This document shows, piece after piece, positions 18,437-29,728 of a stretch of 32,000 nucleotides of DNA. Below the pieces are notes generated by a model that did not search any database, had not been told where the DNA came from, and saw only the letters and a program-made list of their open reading frames with translations. The translations under genes and the position numbers were made by a program. How positions within the stretch are numbered: position 1 is the stretch's first letter; each line of letters opens with the position of its first letter. Source of the DNA: Methanothermobacter thermautotrophicus str. Delta H (GTDB taxonomy: Archaea > Methanobacteriota > Methanobacteria > Methanobacteriales > Methanothermobacteraceae); assembly GCF_000008645.1 (NCBI RefSeq), contig NC_000916.1, forward strand, positions 1,410,001 through 1,442,000, in the 5' to 3' direction.

Positions 18437-19846
18437 ATGCCATTTAAACTGTTTGATGTTGACGCTGAAATACCTGAGAGAAAAAAACATGTCTATATAA
18501 AGAAGAAGGAAGATCCCGAAGAGGATCTGCCCTTATGTAACACAAAGACAATCCCTGGTTGCATGACTGAGAGGGGCTGCGCCTTTGCGGGTGCGAAGGG
18601 TGTCATAACCGGTGCAATAAAGGATGCTCTGCATGTTATCCATTCCCCTGTTGGATGCACAGCATATGGCTACGGTACAAAGAGGTATCCCACATCACAG
18701 GAAATGCCTGATGGCAGCCTTTTTCCCATTGAAAACTTCAACCTGAAGTATATAACGGGCACAAATCTCACAGAGACAGATGTTGTGTTTGGGGGTATGG
18801 ATAAACTCAAAAGATGCATCATCGAGGCTGCTAAAGAATTCCCAGAGGCAAATGCTGTTTACACATATGCAACATGCACAACCGGTCTCATAGGAGATGA
18901 TATTGAAGCCGTTTCAAGGGAGGTTTCAGAAGAAATAGGGAAGGACGTGGTTGCAATAAATGCCCCCGGGTTTGCGGGTCCAACACAGTCAAAGGGGCAT
19001 CAGGTTGCAAACTACACACTGTTTGAGAACCTTGTGGGAACCGCAGAGCCTCCGGTAGTAACAGACTATGATGTAAACCTCATAGGAGAGTACAACATCG
19101 ATGGTGACCTCTGGGTTCTCAAGAGATACTTCGAGGAGATGGGAATAAATGTCCTCAGCACATTCACTGGAGACTGCTGCCATGATGAGATAAAATGGAT
19201 GCACAGAGCTAAGCTTAGCCTGGTCCGGTGTCAGCGTTCAGCCACATATATTGCAAGGCTTCTGGAGGAACGTTACAATGTTCCATACATGAAGGTTGAT
19301 TTCTTTGGAATAGAATACTGCAAGAGGAATCTCATGGCTACAGGGGAATACTTTGGGATTCCTGAAAGGGCAGAGGAGGTCATAAAGGATAGGATGGAGA
19401 AGATAGGCCCCGAAATTGAATATCTTCGTAATAAATTGGCTGGTAAGAAGGTCTGGGTATTTTCAGGGGGTCCTAAGAACTGGCACCTTCCACGCCCCCT
19501 TGAGGATGAACTTGGAATGGAGGTAGTTGCAGTTTCAACAATGTTCGAACACGAAGACGGCTATGAAAAAATCAAGAAAAGGGTCGGAGAAAATACGGTG
19601 ATAGTTGATGACCCAAACTCACTGGAACTTGAGGAAATCATTGAAAAATACAGGCCAGATATCATCCTTTCAGGTATAAAGGAGAAGTATCTTGCCCATA
19701 AACTTGGTGTACCATGCGTTCTCATCCATTCCTACGAAAATGGACCTTACATAGGTTTTGAGGGGTTCCTGAATCTCGCAAGGGACATGTATGCATCAAT
19801 ATACAGTCCTGTCTGGGATCTCCTTGAATTTGAGGCAGGTGATTGA
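18437..19846 (+). CDS. nifD: Nitrogenase alpha subunit NifD
   Basis: 469 aa; [69 protein letters not shown]. Confidence 0.95.
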   Translation: MPFKLFDVDAEIPERKKHVYIKKKEDPEEDLPLCNTKTIPGCMTERGCAFAGAKGVITGAIKDALHVIHSPVGCTAYGYGTKRYPTSQEMPDGSLFPIENFNLKYITGTNLTETDVVFGGMDKLKRCIIEAAKEFPEANAVYTYATCTTGLIGDDIEAVSREVSEEIGKDVVAINAPGFAGPTQSKGHQVANYTLFENLVGTAEPPVVTDYDVNLIGEYNIDGDLWVLKRYFEEMGINVLSTFTGDCCHDEIKWMHRAKLSLVRCQRSATYIARLLEERYNVPYMKVDFFGIEYCKRNLMATGEYFGIPERAEEVIKDRMEKIGPEIEYLRNKLAGKKVWVFSGGPKNWHLPRPLEDELGMEVVAVSTMFEHEDGYEKIKKRVGENTVIVDDPNSLELEEIIEKYRPDIILSGIKEKYLAHKLGVPCVLIHSYENGPYIGFEGFLNLARDMYASIYSPVWDLLEFEAGD

Positions 19847-21226
19847 ATGTCAGAAATAAATGTGATGGAAAGAACAAGGGAACTTGTGGTAAACCCTCTT
19901 GTGACCTGTCAGCCATTCGGGGCAATGTTCGCAACCCTTGGCATACGGAGGGGTCTCCCCATAGTCCATGGTTCGCAGGGTTGCAGCACCTTTGTGAGGT
20001 ATGGTCTTAATAGGCACTTCCGTGAACCGGCTGAAATAGCTGTCACATCGCTTCATGAGGATGCTGCGGTTTTTGGAGGCAGGAGCAACCTCATAGATGG
20101 TGTTAAAAATCTTGTGAAGAGATTCAGGCCAGAACTCGTAGGAATTGTAACGACCTGTTCAAGTGAGATAACTGGTGACGATGTGGATGGATTCCTGAGG
20201 GTTGCGGAGGCTGAATTAAGAGAAGAACTTGGAGAAAGATTCAGAACAAGGATGGTTAGCATATCAACACCAAGCTTTGTTGAACATCACTTAAGAGGAT
20301 ATGGAAATGCCCTAAAATCGTTTATAGATACTCTTGCAGTTGATGAGGGGGACTGCAATGAGAGGATCAACCTGATACCAGGTATTGTTAACCCGGGTGA
20401 TATACGGGAGATAAGGCACATCTTTGAGTTGATGGACGTCGACCCCATTATACTCACAGACACTTCGGATCCATTCGATTCACCACTACGACCATCAAAG
20501 ACAGAGAAAATGCCATTCTATCCTAAGGGTGGAACAGTGGTTTCTGATATAGAGGAATCCTCAAACAGTATAGGAACACTTTCAATGTCAATGTATGGAA
20601 ATGAAGCATCAGAAACACTTAAAAAGCGTTTCAATATTCCCAAGGAGCACCACATACCCATTGGTGTCAGGAATACAGACGATTTCGTCCGTTCATTGGC
20701 GAGAATAGCAGAAGTAGATGTGAGCGAAGAGCTTCTGGATGAAAGAGGTATCCTCATTGATTCAATGGCAGATATTAGCTCAAGATATCTCTTTGGAAGG
20801 ACAGCAGCTGTTTACGGGGATCCCGACATGGTAATGGGTGTGTCAAGGTTCCTCTGTGAACTTGGAATCACACCACTCTATGCATGTGTCGGTGTCGATA
20901 ATGAAATCTTCAGGGAGGGAATGAAAAGAGTGGCATCCGAGGCAGATGAAAGGATAAACGTCATGATAAACTCAGATCTGAGGGCACTTGAAAGAGAACT
21001 TACAGAGGAACCTGTGGACTTTATGATAGGGAATTCGGATGGAAGGCTTATAGCAAGGGATCTTGGAATACCCCTTGTAAGGATGGGCTTTCCTGTATAT
21101 GATAGAGTTGGGTATCACAGGATTCCTGTTGTGGGTTACCGTGGATCTGTCAATCTTCTAAACAGAATAACAAACACAGTACTGAGAGAATACTATGAAC
21201 CACAGCACTGGAAACTCCAGCAATAA
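19847..21226 (+). CDS. nifK: Nitrogenase beta subunit NifK
   Basis: 459 aa; [58 protein letters not shown] and [16 protein letters not shown]. Confidence 0.95.
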
Positions 21227-22631
21227 TAAAGAATTTCCTGGAAGTAACCTTGAATTCCAGGTGGGGCATGTTGATAGGGTAATCGACACCATCCCCTCAA
21301 GGAGAGGACACTTCAAAAGGAGTGGAGGGGGAGGTCCATGCTGCAATAAGGCATCAGTACCGGGTATGGTTACTCAGAGATCATGTGTATACGGAGGCGC
21401 AAGGGTTGTTCTTATGCCGATAACAGATGCAGCTCACATAGTCCATGGACCTGTTGGATGCGCGGCATGTACATGGGATATAAGGGGCAGCAGAAGTTCA
21501 AAGTCAGATCTGTACAAGACGGGATTCTCCACGAACCTTGAGGAGAAGGATGTGGTCTTTGGCGGTGAGGACAGACTTCTCAAATGCATACTTGAAGTGG
21601 ACGAAATTTACTCTCCATCAGCAATATTCGTGTACTCCACATGTGTTTCAGGTGTCATAGGCGATGATATCACCGCCGTATGCAGAAATGCAGAATATAA
21701 AACGGGAAAATGGGTAATACCCGTACAGTCTGAGGGTTTTAGGAGTTTCAATAAATCCTTAGGCCATCAGCTTGCCTGTGATGTCCTTCTTGATCACGTT
21801 ATAGGTCGTGGAGATGCCGAAGTAGGGGAAAGGTCAGTTAATCTTGTGGGCGAATTCAATGTGGCGGGGGATTTATGGGAGATAAAGAGGCTCCTTGAGA
21901 AAATGGGCGTTAAGGTTGTTGCATCCATAACCGGTGATTCAACCGTGGCTGAGATTTCAGCCGCCCACAAAGCCCAGCTTAACCTTGTACAGTGCAGCAA
22001 ATCATCTGGATACATCGCAGAGGAGATGGAAAAAAGGCATGGAACACCACACATCAACGTCAATTTTTTTGGTATGAGGGAAACCATGGATTCCCTCATT
22101 TCAATTTCAGAGTTCTTTGGACTGGAATTAGCAGAGAAATGGGTACTTGGAATGGTTGAGGAAACAAAGAGGAAGGTTGCCAGATACAGGAATACCCTTG
22201 AGGGAAAGAAGGTGGCCATATACGTAGGAGGTAACAAGGCGTGGTCACTCATAAGGGCATTTGAAGATCTGGGAATGGAGGTTATCATGAGCGGAACCCA
22301 GAATGGTCTGCCCAACGATTACCTTCGAATAATGGAGAAATCTGGCAGAGAGCTCATACTATTCGATGACGCCAATCCAGTTGAACTTTCAAGGTTGTTG
22401 AATAAATATCGACCAGATCTTTTTGTCTCAGGAGCTAAAGAGAAATACCTCTCATACAAACTTGGCATACCTTTCTGTGAATTTAATCATGACAGGATAA
22501 AGCCCTTTTCATGTTTCAGGGGATTTTTGAATTTTGCAGAGGAAGTTGATAAGGCTGTAAACAGCAGAGTATGGAAACTGGCAGCACCAAGAACCTTTCT
22601 AAATTGCGGAGTTGAGTACGGTTATGAATAG
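21195..22631 (+). CDS. nifE: Nitrogenase cofactor scaffold NifE
   Basis: 478 aa; [53 protein letters not shown]. Start overlaps nifK by 32 nt; exact start uncertain. Confidence 0.9.
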
Positions 22632-23970
22632 AAACATAACAATAAACCCCGGAAGGATCTGCCAGCCACTTGGCGCCGTCATGGCTTTCCTTGGAGTCAG
22701 GGGAGCGATGCCACTAATACATGGTTCGCAGGGATGCAGTACATATATGAGGTTTCAGATAACGAGGCATTTCAGGGAACCAGTTAACATTGCATCAAGC
22801 TCATTGAACGAGGCAACGGTTGTATACGGTGGAGAAAAAAACCTTCTGAAGGCTATAAGAACGGTTGAGGAAAATTACAAACCGGAGGTCATAGGTGTTA
22901 TCTCAGGTTGCCTTTCAGAGACCATAGGGGACGACATCAACAGGATTGTGAGGATCTACAGGGATGCGGGATCGGAATCCCGAATAATTCCGGTTTCAAC
23001 ACCTGGCTTCAAAGGGTCCCATGTGGATGGCTATGACATGGCAGTCACCTCCATCCTCAGATCCATCGCAGGGGATCCCTCAGATCAGATAGAGAGGGTT
23101 AACGTTATAAATGGCATCATGAGCCCAGCCGACACATATGAGTTAAAGAGTATTCTTAGGAGTATGGGAACGGAATTCCTCATGATAACTGATACCTCAG
23201 AATCCCTTGATGAACCATTCAATGGAGATCCCTACTTCATAACGCGGCACGGAACACCCATAAGTAAAATAGAGGGGGCCTCTAACTCCATGGCAACACT
23301 AAGTCTTGGAGGATGTAAAGGCGGTCGGGTACTTGAAGGTAGATATGGGATTAAAAATATCGGTCTTGAGATCCCAGCAGGTCTTGAAAACACCGATCGT
23401 TTCATAGGTAAGTTAACGGAGCTCTTTGATGCAAGTATTTCACAGTCCCTCATGAGGGACAGGGGACGCCTGATTGATGCCATGATTGATGCCCATCAGT
23501 ATACCTATGGAAGGAATGTTGCAATCTTCACAGACCCTGGATATGCAGTGGCAATCACTTCCATGGTCCTTGAGATGGGAATGACACCTTCAGCCGTTTT
23601 TACAGGTTCAGAGAGCATATATTTCAATGAGAAAATTAGCCAACTTCAAAAGGAATACGGTTTCAAGTGTATGGCCATGAGTGGCGCGGATATATTTGAT
23701 TTACAGTCATATATTTCAGAAAAACCCATTGATGTTCTCATAGGGAACTCTTACTGTGGTAGAGCGGCAGAAGAAAATGGAATACCCCTCATGAGGGTCG
23801 GCTTCCCGGTTTATGATAGACTTGGTTCCCAGAGGATAAGAATTGCAGGTTACAGTGGAGGTATAGAATTTGTTGATTCCCTCACCAACCTGATAATTGA
23901 GAGATACTATGATGAGGGTTATGAAATATCCGATGTGAGTGACGCTGATGAGAGCTGTTGCATCAGATGA
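22624..23970 (+). CDS. nifN: Nitrogenase cofactor scaffold NifN
   Basis: [67 protein letters not shown]; nifK paralogue directly after nifE. Confidence 0.88.
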
Positions 23971-24145
23971 TTTGAAATACGTTAAAATACCTGTAGATGG
24001 GGATACTCTTATAAAAATTGAATTTAATAAGGATATTCCTTAAATAAGGAAATTTGATGGGATAAGACTGAAAAGAAATGATAATGTGGTGCAACTCATA
24101 AAATTAGATGAATCTGACTGTATATGTGGCAAGGTACTGTACTGA
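23948..24145 (+). other. Small interrupted ORF (31 codons, in-frame TAA at 24041-24043, then 33 more sense codons)
   Basis: Manual translation: [64 protein letters not shown]. Both halves share one frame; start overlaps nifN 3' end. Confidence 0.35.
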
Positions 24146-24205
24146 AATCTTTAACCGATCTGAAGATAGTTCAATTAATTTAACTAAATACCTGGATGTA
24201 AATCA

Positions 24206-26206
24206 ATGAAGGTCCTGACAACATGTACAAGGGATTGCCCTGGTTCATGTGGTCTTACAGTTAATGTGAGCAGGGGTAAGGTCAATTCCATAGAAGGAAG
24301 CAGTATTCACCCACACACAAGGGGATTTATATGTAAAAATACAGCGAGGTATCATGTAAGGAGGCTCTATTCTGATAGAAGGGTATTAAAACCGTTGAAG
24401 AGGGATGGGAGGCAGTGGAAAACGATATCCTGGGATGAGGCACTTCATGTGATTTCTGATAAATTGAATGAGTGCATGGATGAACACGGAGCTGAGTCTA
24501 TAGTGTATTATCAGGGTTTTGGAGCACGAACAGCGTTGAGACTCCTCAACAGGAGGTTTTTCAATCTCATAGGAGCAACAACTCTCAGGGGAACTCTATG
24601 CGGGGGTGCAGCCATAGCAGCTCAATCAAAAGACTTTGGGAGGAGACTGTCCCATGATCCGTCAGATCACCTTAACAGCAGGAACATATTCATATGGGGA
24701 CGTAACCCTGCCGTCACAGACATTAATCTCTGGAGGATAATAAAGAGGGCCCAGAAACATGGAACACGGGTTATCACAATCGATCCCATAAGGACTCAAA
24801 CAGCAGTGAAATCAGATATTCACTGTCAGATTGAAGCCGGGAAGGACCTATACCTTGCAATAGCAATGGCGAAGATAATCATGGCTGAAGAGCTTCATGA
24901 CTCTGGATTCATAGAGAAACATGCGGAAAATTTTGATTCATATATAGAAATCCTTGATGAATTCAATTTAAATCAATTATCAGAGCTGAGTGGGGTTCCA
25001 TTGAAAATAATCTCTAAGCTTGCACACCTATACTCTGATGGGCCAAGCAGCATAATACTTGGCTGGGGTCTGCAGCGGTACTTCAACTCATATATGGCTT
25101 GCAGATTCATAGATGCCCTTGCAGCCATATCAGGGTATATAGGTGTGAGTGGAGGTGGTGTGAGCAGCGGTTTTGATGAATATGGGGCCTTTGATGAATC
25201 TGTTACACTTGAAGGGGCAGGAAATGGTAGAAAAGTGTCAATGCCCCTTTTTGGAAGGGAAATAGTGAATATGAATTCACCAACCGTTAACTGTGTATTT
25301 ATAACGGCAGGTAATCCCGTGACCCTTGGACCCAACTCCATTCAGACTCTAAATGCGCTAAGAGAAGTTGATTTTGTTGTCATGGTGGATCTCTTCTTGA
25401 ATGATACAGCACATACAGCCGACCTATTTTTACCCGCAACAACATTTCTGGAGGAAACAGACCTTGTTGGAAGCTATGGTCACCCCTACGTGTCTCCTGT
25501 AAACGCTGCAGTCAAGCCATTGGGTGAATCTCATTCCGAGTTCTGGATTTTACAGAGATTATCAGAGATCATGGGTTTTGCTGATATGGAAGGAACAAGG
25601 ATGGAGTGGCTTGAAATTATAGCTTCAAAGGTTCTTGATTATCATGGAATAGAAATTTGTGATCTCCTGGAAAAACCATACAGATCACCGGGATTCCCTC
25701 CGGTCCCATTTGAGGGGCCTTTATTCTATACAGACAATGGAAGGTTCAATTTACCATCGGACAGGCCTTACGAGATGGAGCAACATGATGGGGCACACCC
25801 TGAAAATTCCATAAGGCTTTTAACAGTCATGTCACCACAGTGGGTAGGTTCCGTTGAGCCTACCTTTCATAAAGGTCTTGTAGAAATTTACCTAAACCCC
25901 GGAACGCTTTCACAACTTGGTTTTAATGATGGAGAGATTTCAGTCGCGGAATCAAATGCAGGAAAGAGTTGTGTGATTGTACGTTCCAGCGAGGATGTCC
26001 ATCCACTATGCGCCCTTTCATTCAGGGGGACATGGTTATCAAAGGGAGGCTGTATAAATACTGTCATTGAGGATAGAGAGACAATTATGGGTCATGGAAC
26101 AGCTTACAACGAGACCAGAATAAAATTAAAAAAAGTTTCAGGCGGCGTTTCTGTTCATGAAATGTGCCATGAGACTCACAAGTATAAATCCCGCCACTAT
26201 GAGTGA
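24206..26206 (+). CDS. Molybdopterin oxidoreductase (DMSO-reductase family), substrate unknown
   Basis: 666 aa; CTRDCPGSCGLTVNVSRGKV...GFICKNT [4Fe-4S] motif, NIFIWGRNPAVTDINLWRII, DPIRTQTA, ITAGNPVTLGPN, DLFLNDTAHTADLFLPATTFLEETDL. Confidence 0.9.
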   Translation: MKVLTTCTRDCPGSCGLTVNVSRGKVNSIEGSSIHPHTRGFICKNTARYHVRRLYSDRRVLKPLKRDGRQWKTISWDEALHVISDKLNECMDEHGAESIVYYQGFGARTALRLLNRRFFNLIGATTLRGTLCGGAAIAAQSKDFGRRLSHDPSDHLNSRNIFIWGRNPAVTDINLWRIIKRAQKHGTRVITIDPIRTQTAVKSDIHCQIEAGKDLYLAIAMAKIIMAEELHDSGFIEKHAENFDSYIEILDEFNLNQLSELSGVPLKIISKLAHLYSDGPSSIILGWGLQRYFNSYMACRFIDALAAISGYIGVSGGGVSSGFDEYGAFDESVTLEGAGNGRKVSMPLFGREIVNMNSPTVNCVFITAGNPVTLGPNSIQTLNALREVDFVVMVDLFLNDTAHTADLFLPATTFLEETDLVGSYGHPYVSPVNAAVKPLGESHSEFWILQRLSEIMGFADMEGTRMEWLEIIASKVLDYHGIEICDLLEKPYRSPGFPPVPFEGPLFYTDNGRFNLPSDRPYEMEQHDGAHPENSIRLLTVMSPQWVGSVEPTFHKGLVEIYLNPGTLSQLGFNDGEISVAESNAGKSCVIVRSSEDVHPLCALSFRGTWLSKGGCINTVIEDRETIMGHGTAYNETRIKLKKVSGGVSVHEMCHETHKYKSRHYE

Positions 26207-26239
26207 AACTATCTGAATGGCTGCATTCACAGTATCACC

Positions 26240-26545
26240 TCATTCATCAACTGCCTCGATCAGGCATACCCCACCTTCACATTCATGTTCAAGTTCGATG
26301 AGGTACTCCTTCAGCTTCTCAACATCAATTGTTGTAAGGCCCTTTATCATATCACTGTCGATCTTTATCTGCAGAACCCCTGCGTTGTTGGTGACGACCT
26401 TTCCAGGTATATACACACGGCCGAGGGATAGTCTCACGGTATCCCCGGGCTTCACCTCCTCCTTTATGTACCTGCAGAGTTCCTCACAGGTTGCTATTCT
26501 ATTTTCCTTTTTCAAAGAGATCACCTTCCACTGGATTATATGCAC
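26240..26545 (-). CDS. Small uncharacterised protein, possibly co-transcribed with nrpR
   Basis: 101 aa ORF starting 24 nt after the nrpR stop; ATCEELCRYIKEEVKPGDTVRLSLGRVYIPGKVVTNNAGVLQIKI... HECEGGVCLIEAVDE. Confidence 0.7.
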   Translation of the reverse strand: MHIIQWKVISLKKENRIATCEELCRYIKEEVKPGDTVRLSLGRVYIPGKVVTNNAGVLQIKIDSDMIKGLTTIDVEKLKEYLIELEHECEGGVCLIEAVDE

Positions 26546-26569
26546 CTATGGTGCTTATAAAAATAAGGT

Positions 26570-28252
26570 TTACACTTCATCCACATATCTGAATTCCCTG
26601 AGATCCATGAGTCTCTCGATGGCCTTCATCCTTATCTCAACACCCGCCTCTCTGACAGCTGCAAGGGGGTTCAGGCCGCCGGGTGTGACTATACCTGCGT
26701 GATACTTCTCCACACGGGCATTGTACAGTATCTCGCCGGGGACGCCGATTTTGAGCACACTGAATCCTGCTTCAGAGAGTTCTTCAATCAGGCCCTCAGC
26801 ATGGTCCCTTGCAAGGTACGGGACCTCCCTCAGACTCGCAAGGACCCTGCCCTGTCCATTGAGGGCTTCAAGGACCGCAGTCATATTCTTTGATACGTAG
26901 ATCTCATGGGGGTCAAGGGAGGAACCACTGTAGGCTGTGAGCTCAACAAAGCGGGGGGCCCTGCCGCCGACCTCAAGCAGACCCCCGTACTTTGGTGTGG
27001 ACATGATACCGCTCTTTATCAGTACACCATCCAGTGTGAGACTGCATACAGTTGCAATTCCAGCCATGCCCCCCTCATCGGTGACTCCTATCATGGGGAG
27101 GGTGGAGAATTCTGGCCTCTCACTGAGAACCTGACCTATGACTTCAAGGGCATAATCCAGATCATCCCTGCTTATGAGGGATATGTTGGCTATAACCCTC
27201 CCTGAAAGGTCCTCTGGATTTAAATCCACTCTGTTTATGAGGTTCCAGGCCTTTGACAGGAGGAAGCGGACCTTGACACCCCTTTCAGGTGCAGAAACCA
27301 TTAACTTTCTCTCAGGCTTTACAAGGGGCTTCAGGCTCTGGAATTCTATGAGGTTCTCTGCCAGTTTAATTTCTGCACGGTAGCCGGCCTCCTGGATGGC
27401 GCAGAGGGGAGTTATACCCCCTATGATTGCAACACCCACCATTCCATCTGCAACCGGGACACCCAGGACGTCCTCTCCGGGTTCTCCAACCTTGAGCACC
27501 CCTGATATCCCGATTCCCTCAAGTTTCCTCAGAATTTTCACGGCGTCCTCCCTTCCGGTCCCTGGCACGAGGCGGAGATTTGCCGGTACCAGCCCATCCC
27601 CCTCCTCAATGACACTGAGAACCGAGGTCATGTTCTCTGAGGTGAAGGCCTCCAGGGGTGTCATCGATGTTTTCTTGTAGGCTATGAGCTCTGTGAAGTT
27701 CACTGGCTGATGGTCCTCAAATCTCACAAGGCCCCCGAACTGGGGTATGACAGGTATGCCACTGGCGAGCAGGATGCCGTCGACGGTTGTCCCGCATATG
27801 GTGCTTATTATGCACCCATCACCATCCCTTTCAAGCTTAACCCTTGGGCTGAGGCAGAGCCCATTTCTCATAACATGTTTGAGGGTCTCAATGGACCGGG
27901 GGGATATCCTTGACGTGTTAACGACAACCTTCCCCTCGAGGGTGTCAGGGTTGAAGCTTGTATTGTATATCATGCTCTCAAACTTTGAGAATATGAAATC
28001 GACCTGGTCATAGACGAGGCCACGGTTTATCTCCTGCAGCCCCTTCTCTGTTATTCTCCTTCCAGCATAACCAACCCTTTCTGTGAAGCCCTTTTCGTCA
28101 AGTATGCGCATGTGGTATCTGACGGCCCGTTCCCCGAGGTTGTACCCTTTCTTCCTGAGTTCAGATGCTATTATCTTTGCCCCGAGGACATCATCATGCT
28201 CTGCAAGGATCCTTAAAATCTCCATCATCTTCTGGTTGGTCTCATCAGCCAT
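26570..28252 (-). CDS. nrpR: NrpR, nitrogen-regulation transcriptional repressor (HTH plus two NrpR domains)
   Basis: N-terminal wHTH (MMEILRILAEHDDVLGAKIIASELRKKGYNLGERAVRYHMRILDEKGFT) followed by two tandem related domains (TVDGILLASGIPVIPQFGGLVRFEDHQP... / TLDGVLIKSGIMSTPKYGGLLEVGGRAP...). Start at ATG 28252 preferred over 28264. Confidence 0.9.
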   Translation of the reverse strand: MADETNQKMMEILRILAEHDDVLGAKIIASELRKKGYNLGERAVRYHMRILDEKGFTERVGYAGRRITEKGLQEINRGLVYDQVDFIFSKFESMIYNTSFNPDTLEGKVVVNTSRISPRSIETLKHVMRNGLCLSPRVKLERDGDGCIISTICGTTVDGILLASGIPVIPQFGGLVRFEDHQPVNFTELIAYKKTSMTPLEAFTSENMTSVLSVIEEGDGLVPANLRLVPGTGREDAVKILRKLEGIGISGVLKVGEPGEDVLGVPVADGMVGVAIIGGITPLCAIQEAGYRAEIKLAENLIEFQSLKPLVKPERKLMVSAPERGVKVRFLLSKAWNLINRVDLNPEDLSGRVIANISLISRDDLDYALEVIGQVLSERPEFSTLPMIGVTDEGGMAGIATVCSLTLDGVLIKSGIMSTPKYGGLLEVGGRAPRFVELTAYSGSSLDPHEIYVSKNMTAVLEALNGQGRVLASLREVPYLARDHAEGLIEELSEAGFSVLKIGVPGEILYNARVEKYHAGIVTPGGLNPLAAVREAGVEIRMKAIERLMDLREFRYVDEV

Positions 28253-28325
28253 CAGAAACACCATATAAAAAGTAGGGGGAGGGTTTATTTAAAGGTTAAG
28301 AAAAAAAGGAAGTAAATTTTGAGGC

Positions 28326-29654
28326 TTAGATGTCAAGGTACCTTTCAAGTTCGTACTTGAAGACCCTCACACGGTAGTCGTCCCATTCCCTGTGCTTGAT
28401 CTCCATGAACTTCTCGTAGACGTGACCACCAAGGGCGCCCTTGATGACATCATCCTCCTCTAGGGCATGGTATGCCTCCCAGAGGCTTGATGGGAGTGTC
28501 TCGATGCCCATCTCCCTGAGCTCACTCATTGATTTTTCATAAACGTCGATCTCGGTTGGTTCACCGGGGTCGATCTTGTTCTGTATACCGTTCATACCTG
28601 CCTCCAGCATGGCTGCAAATGCAAGGTATGGGTTGCATGATGGGTCAGGCATCCTTAACTCGACACGTGTACCCTTTCCACGTGATGCAGGGATCCTGAT
28701 GAGGGTTGACCTGTTTTTAAGGCCGTAGGCAATGTAGACCGGTGCTTCATAGCCAGGGACAAGTCTCTTGTAGGAGTTGACTGTTGGAGCACAGACAGCT
28801 GTGAGCGCAGGGGCGTGTTTCAGAAGCCCCCCTATGAAGTACAGGGCCTCCTCTGAGAGCTGTGTCTCTGTGTCAGGGTCATAGAAGACGTTTTCACCAT
28901 CCTTGAAGAGGGACTGGTGGCAGTGCATACCGCTACCGTTTTCACCAAAGAATGGCTTTGGCATGAATGTTACCATGTACCCAATCTTGTCGACTATGGC
29001 CTTTATGGCCTGTTTGAAGGTTATAACTGCGTCTGCTGTCTTCAGGGCCTTGTCGAATTTGAAGTCTATCTCGTGCTGTCCAGGAGCAACCTCGTGGTGG
29101 CTGACCTCAACGTCGAAGTTAAGGGCCTCAAGGTCCATGACGAGTTTTCTCCTGAAGTCGGTTCCCTGGTCCACCGGTTCAACATCGAAGTATGCACCGC
29201 AGTCGTGGGGTATTATGTTGCCATCCTCGTCCTGGTCGAGGATGAAGAACTCTGGTTCCGGTCCGACATTGTATTCATATCCAAGGTGGGCGTACTTGTC
29301 GAGGGCCCTCTTGAGGACGTACCTTGGGTCCCCTTCGAAGGGTTTTCCGTCTGGCCAGTATATGTCACAGATGAATCTGCACACACCCTTTTCCTCTGGC
29401 CTCCATGGGAGTGTTGAGAAGGTGTCGGGGTCAGGTTTCAGGACGAGGTCGCTCTCGTTTATATCCACGAACCCCTCAACTGATGACCCATCAAAGAGGA
29501 GACCGTCCTTTATTATGTCCTCTATCTGGTCTGGCCTTACCAGGGGTATTGCCATATTCTTTGGTTTTCCGTGTATGTCCACAAACTGAAGGCGGACGAA
29601 TTTAACGCCGCATTCATCCATTTTAGCTATTATTCTTCCAATCTTATCTGACAT
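28326..29654 (-). CDS. glnA: Glutamine synthetase type I
   Basis: 442 aa; [91 protein letters not shown]. Confidence 0.96.
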
Positions 29655-29689
29655 GGGTTATGCCTCCATGGCATGAGCTTAACTTCACC

Positions 29690-29703
29690 GGAAGTAACTT
29701 TCC
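29690..29703 (-). promoter_or_regulatory. Candidate NrpR operator at glnA promoter
   Basis: Plus-strand GGAAGTAACTTTCC (GGAA-N6-TTCC) between the minus-strand TATA element and the glnA start. Confidence 0.75.
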
Positions 29704-29712
29704 TTCTACTGG

Positions 29713-29720
29713 TTTATATA
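29713..29720 (-). promoter_or_regulatory. glnA TATA box
   Basis: TATATAAA on the minus strand, about 60 nt upstream of the glnA ATG and just upstream of the GGAA-N6-TTCC element. Confidence 0.65.
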
Positions 29721-29728
29721 TTTTTTGT

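Noticed and set aside
26217-27913. Plus-strand ORFs 26217..26702, 26906..27205, 26937..27134 and 27710..27913
   Set aside because: Antisense to the small protein at 26240 and to nrpR; compositionally artefactual.
28903-29605. Plus-strand ORFs antisense to glnA (228 aa, 166 aa, 66 aa)
   Set aside because: glnA is unambiguous on the minus strand; these are long only because of GC-rich codon bias.
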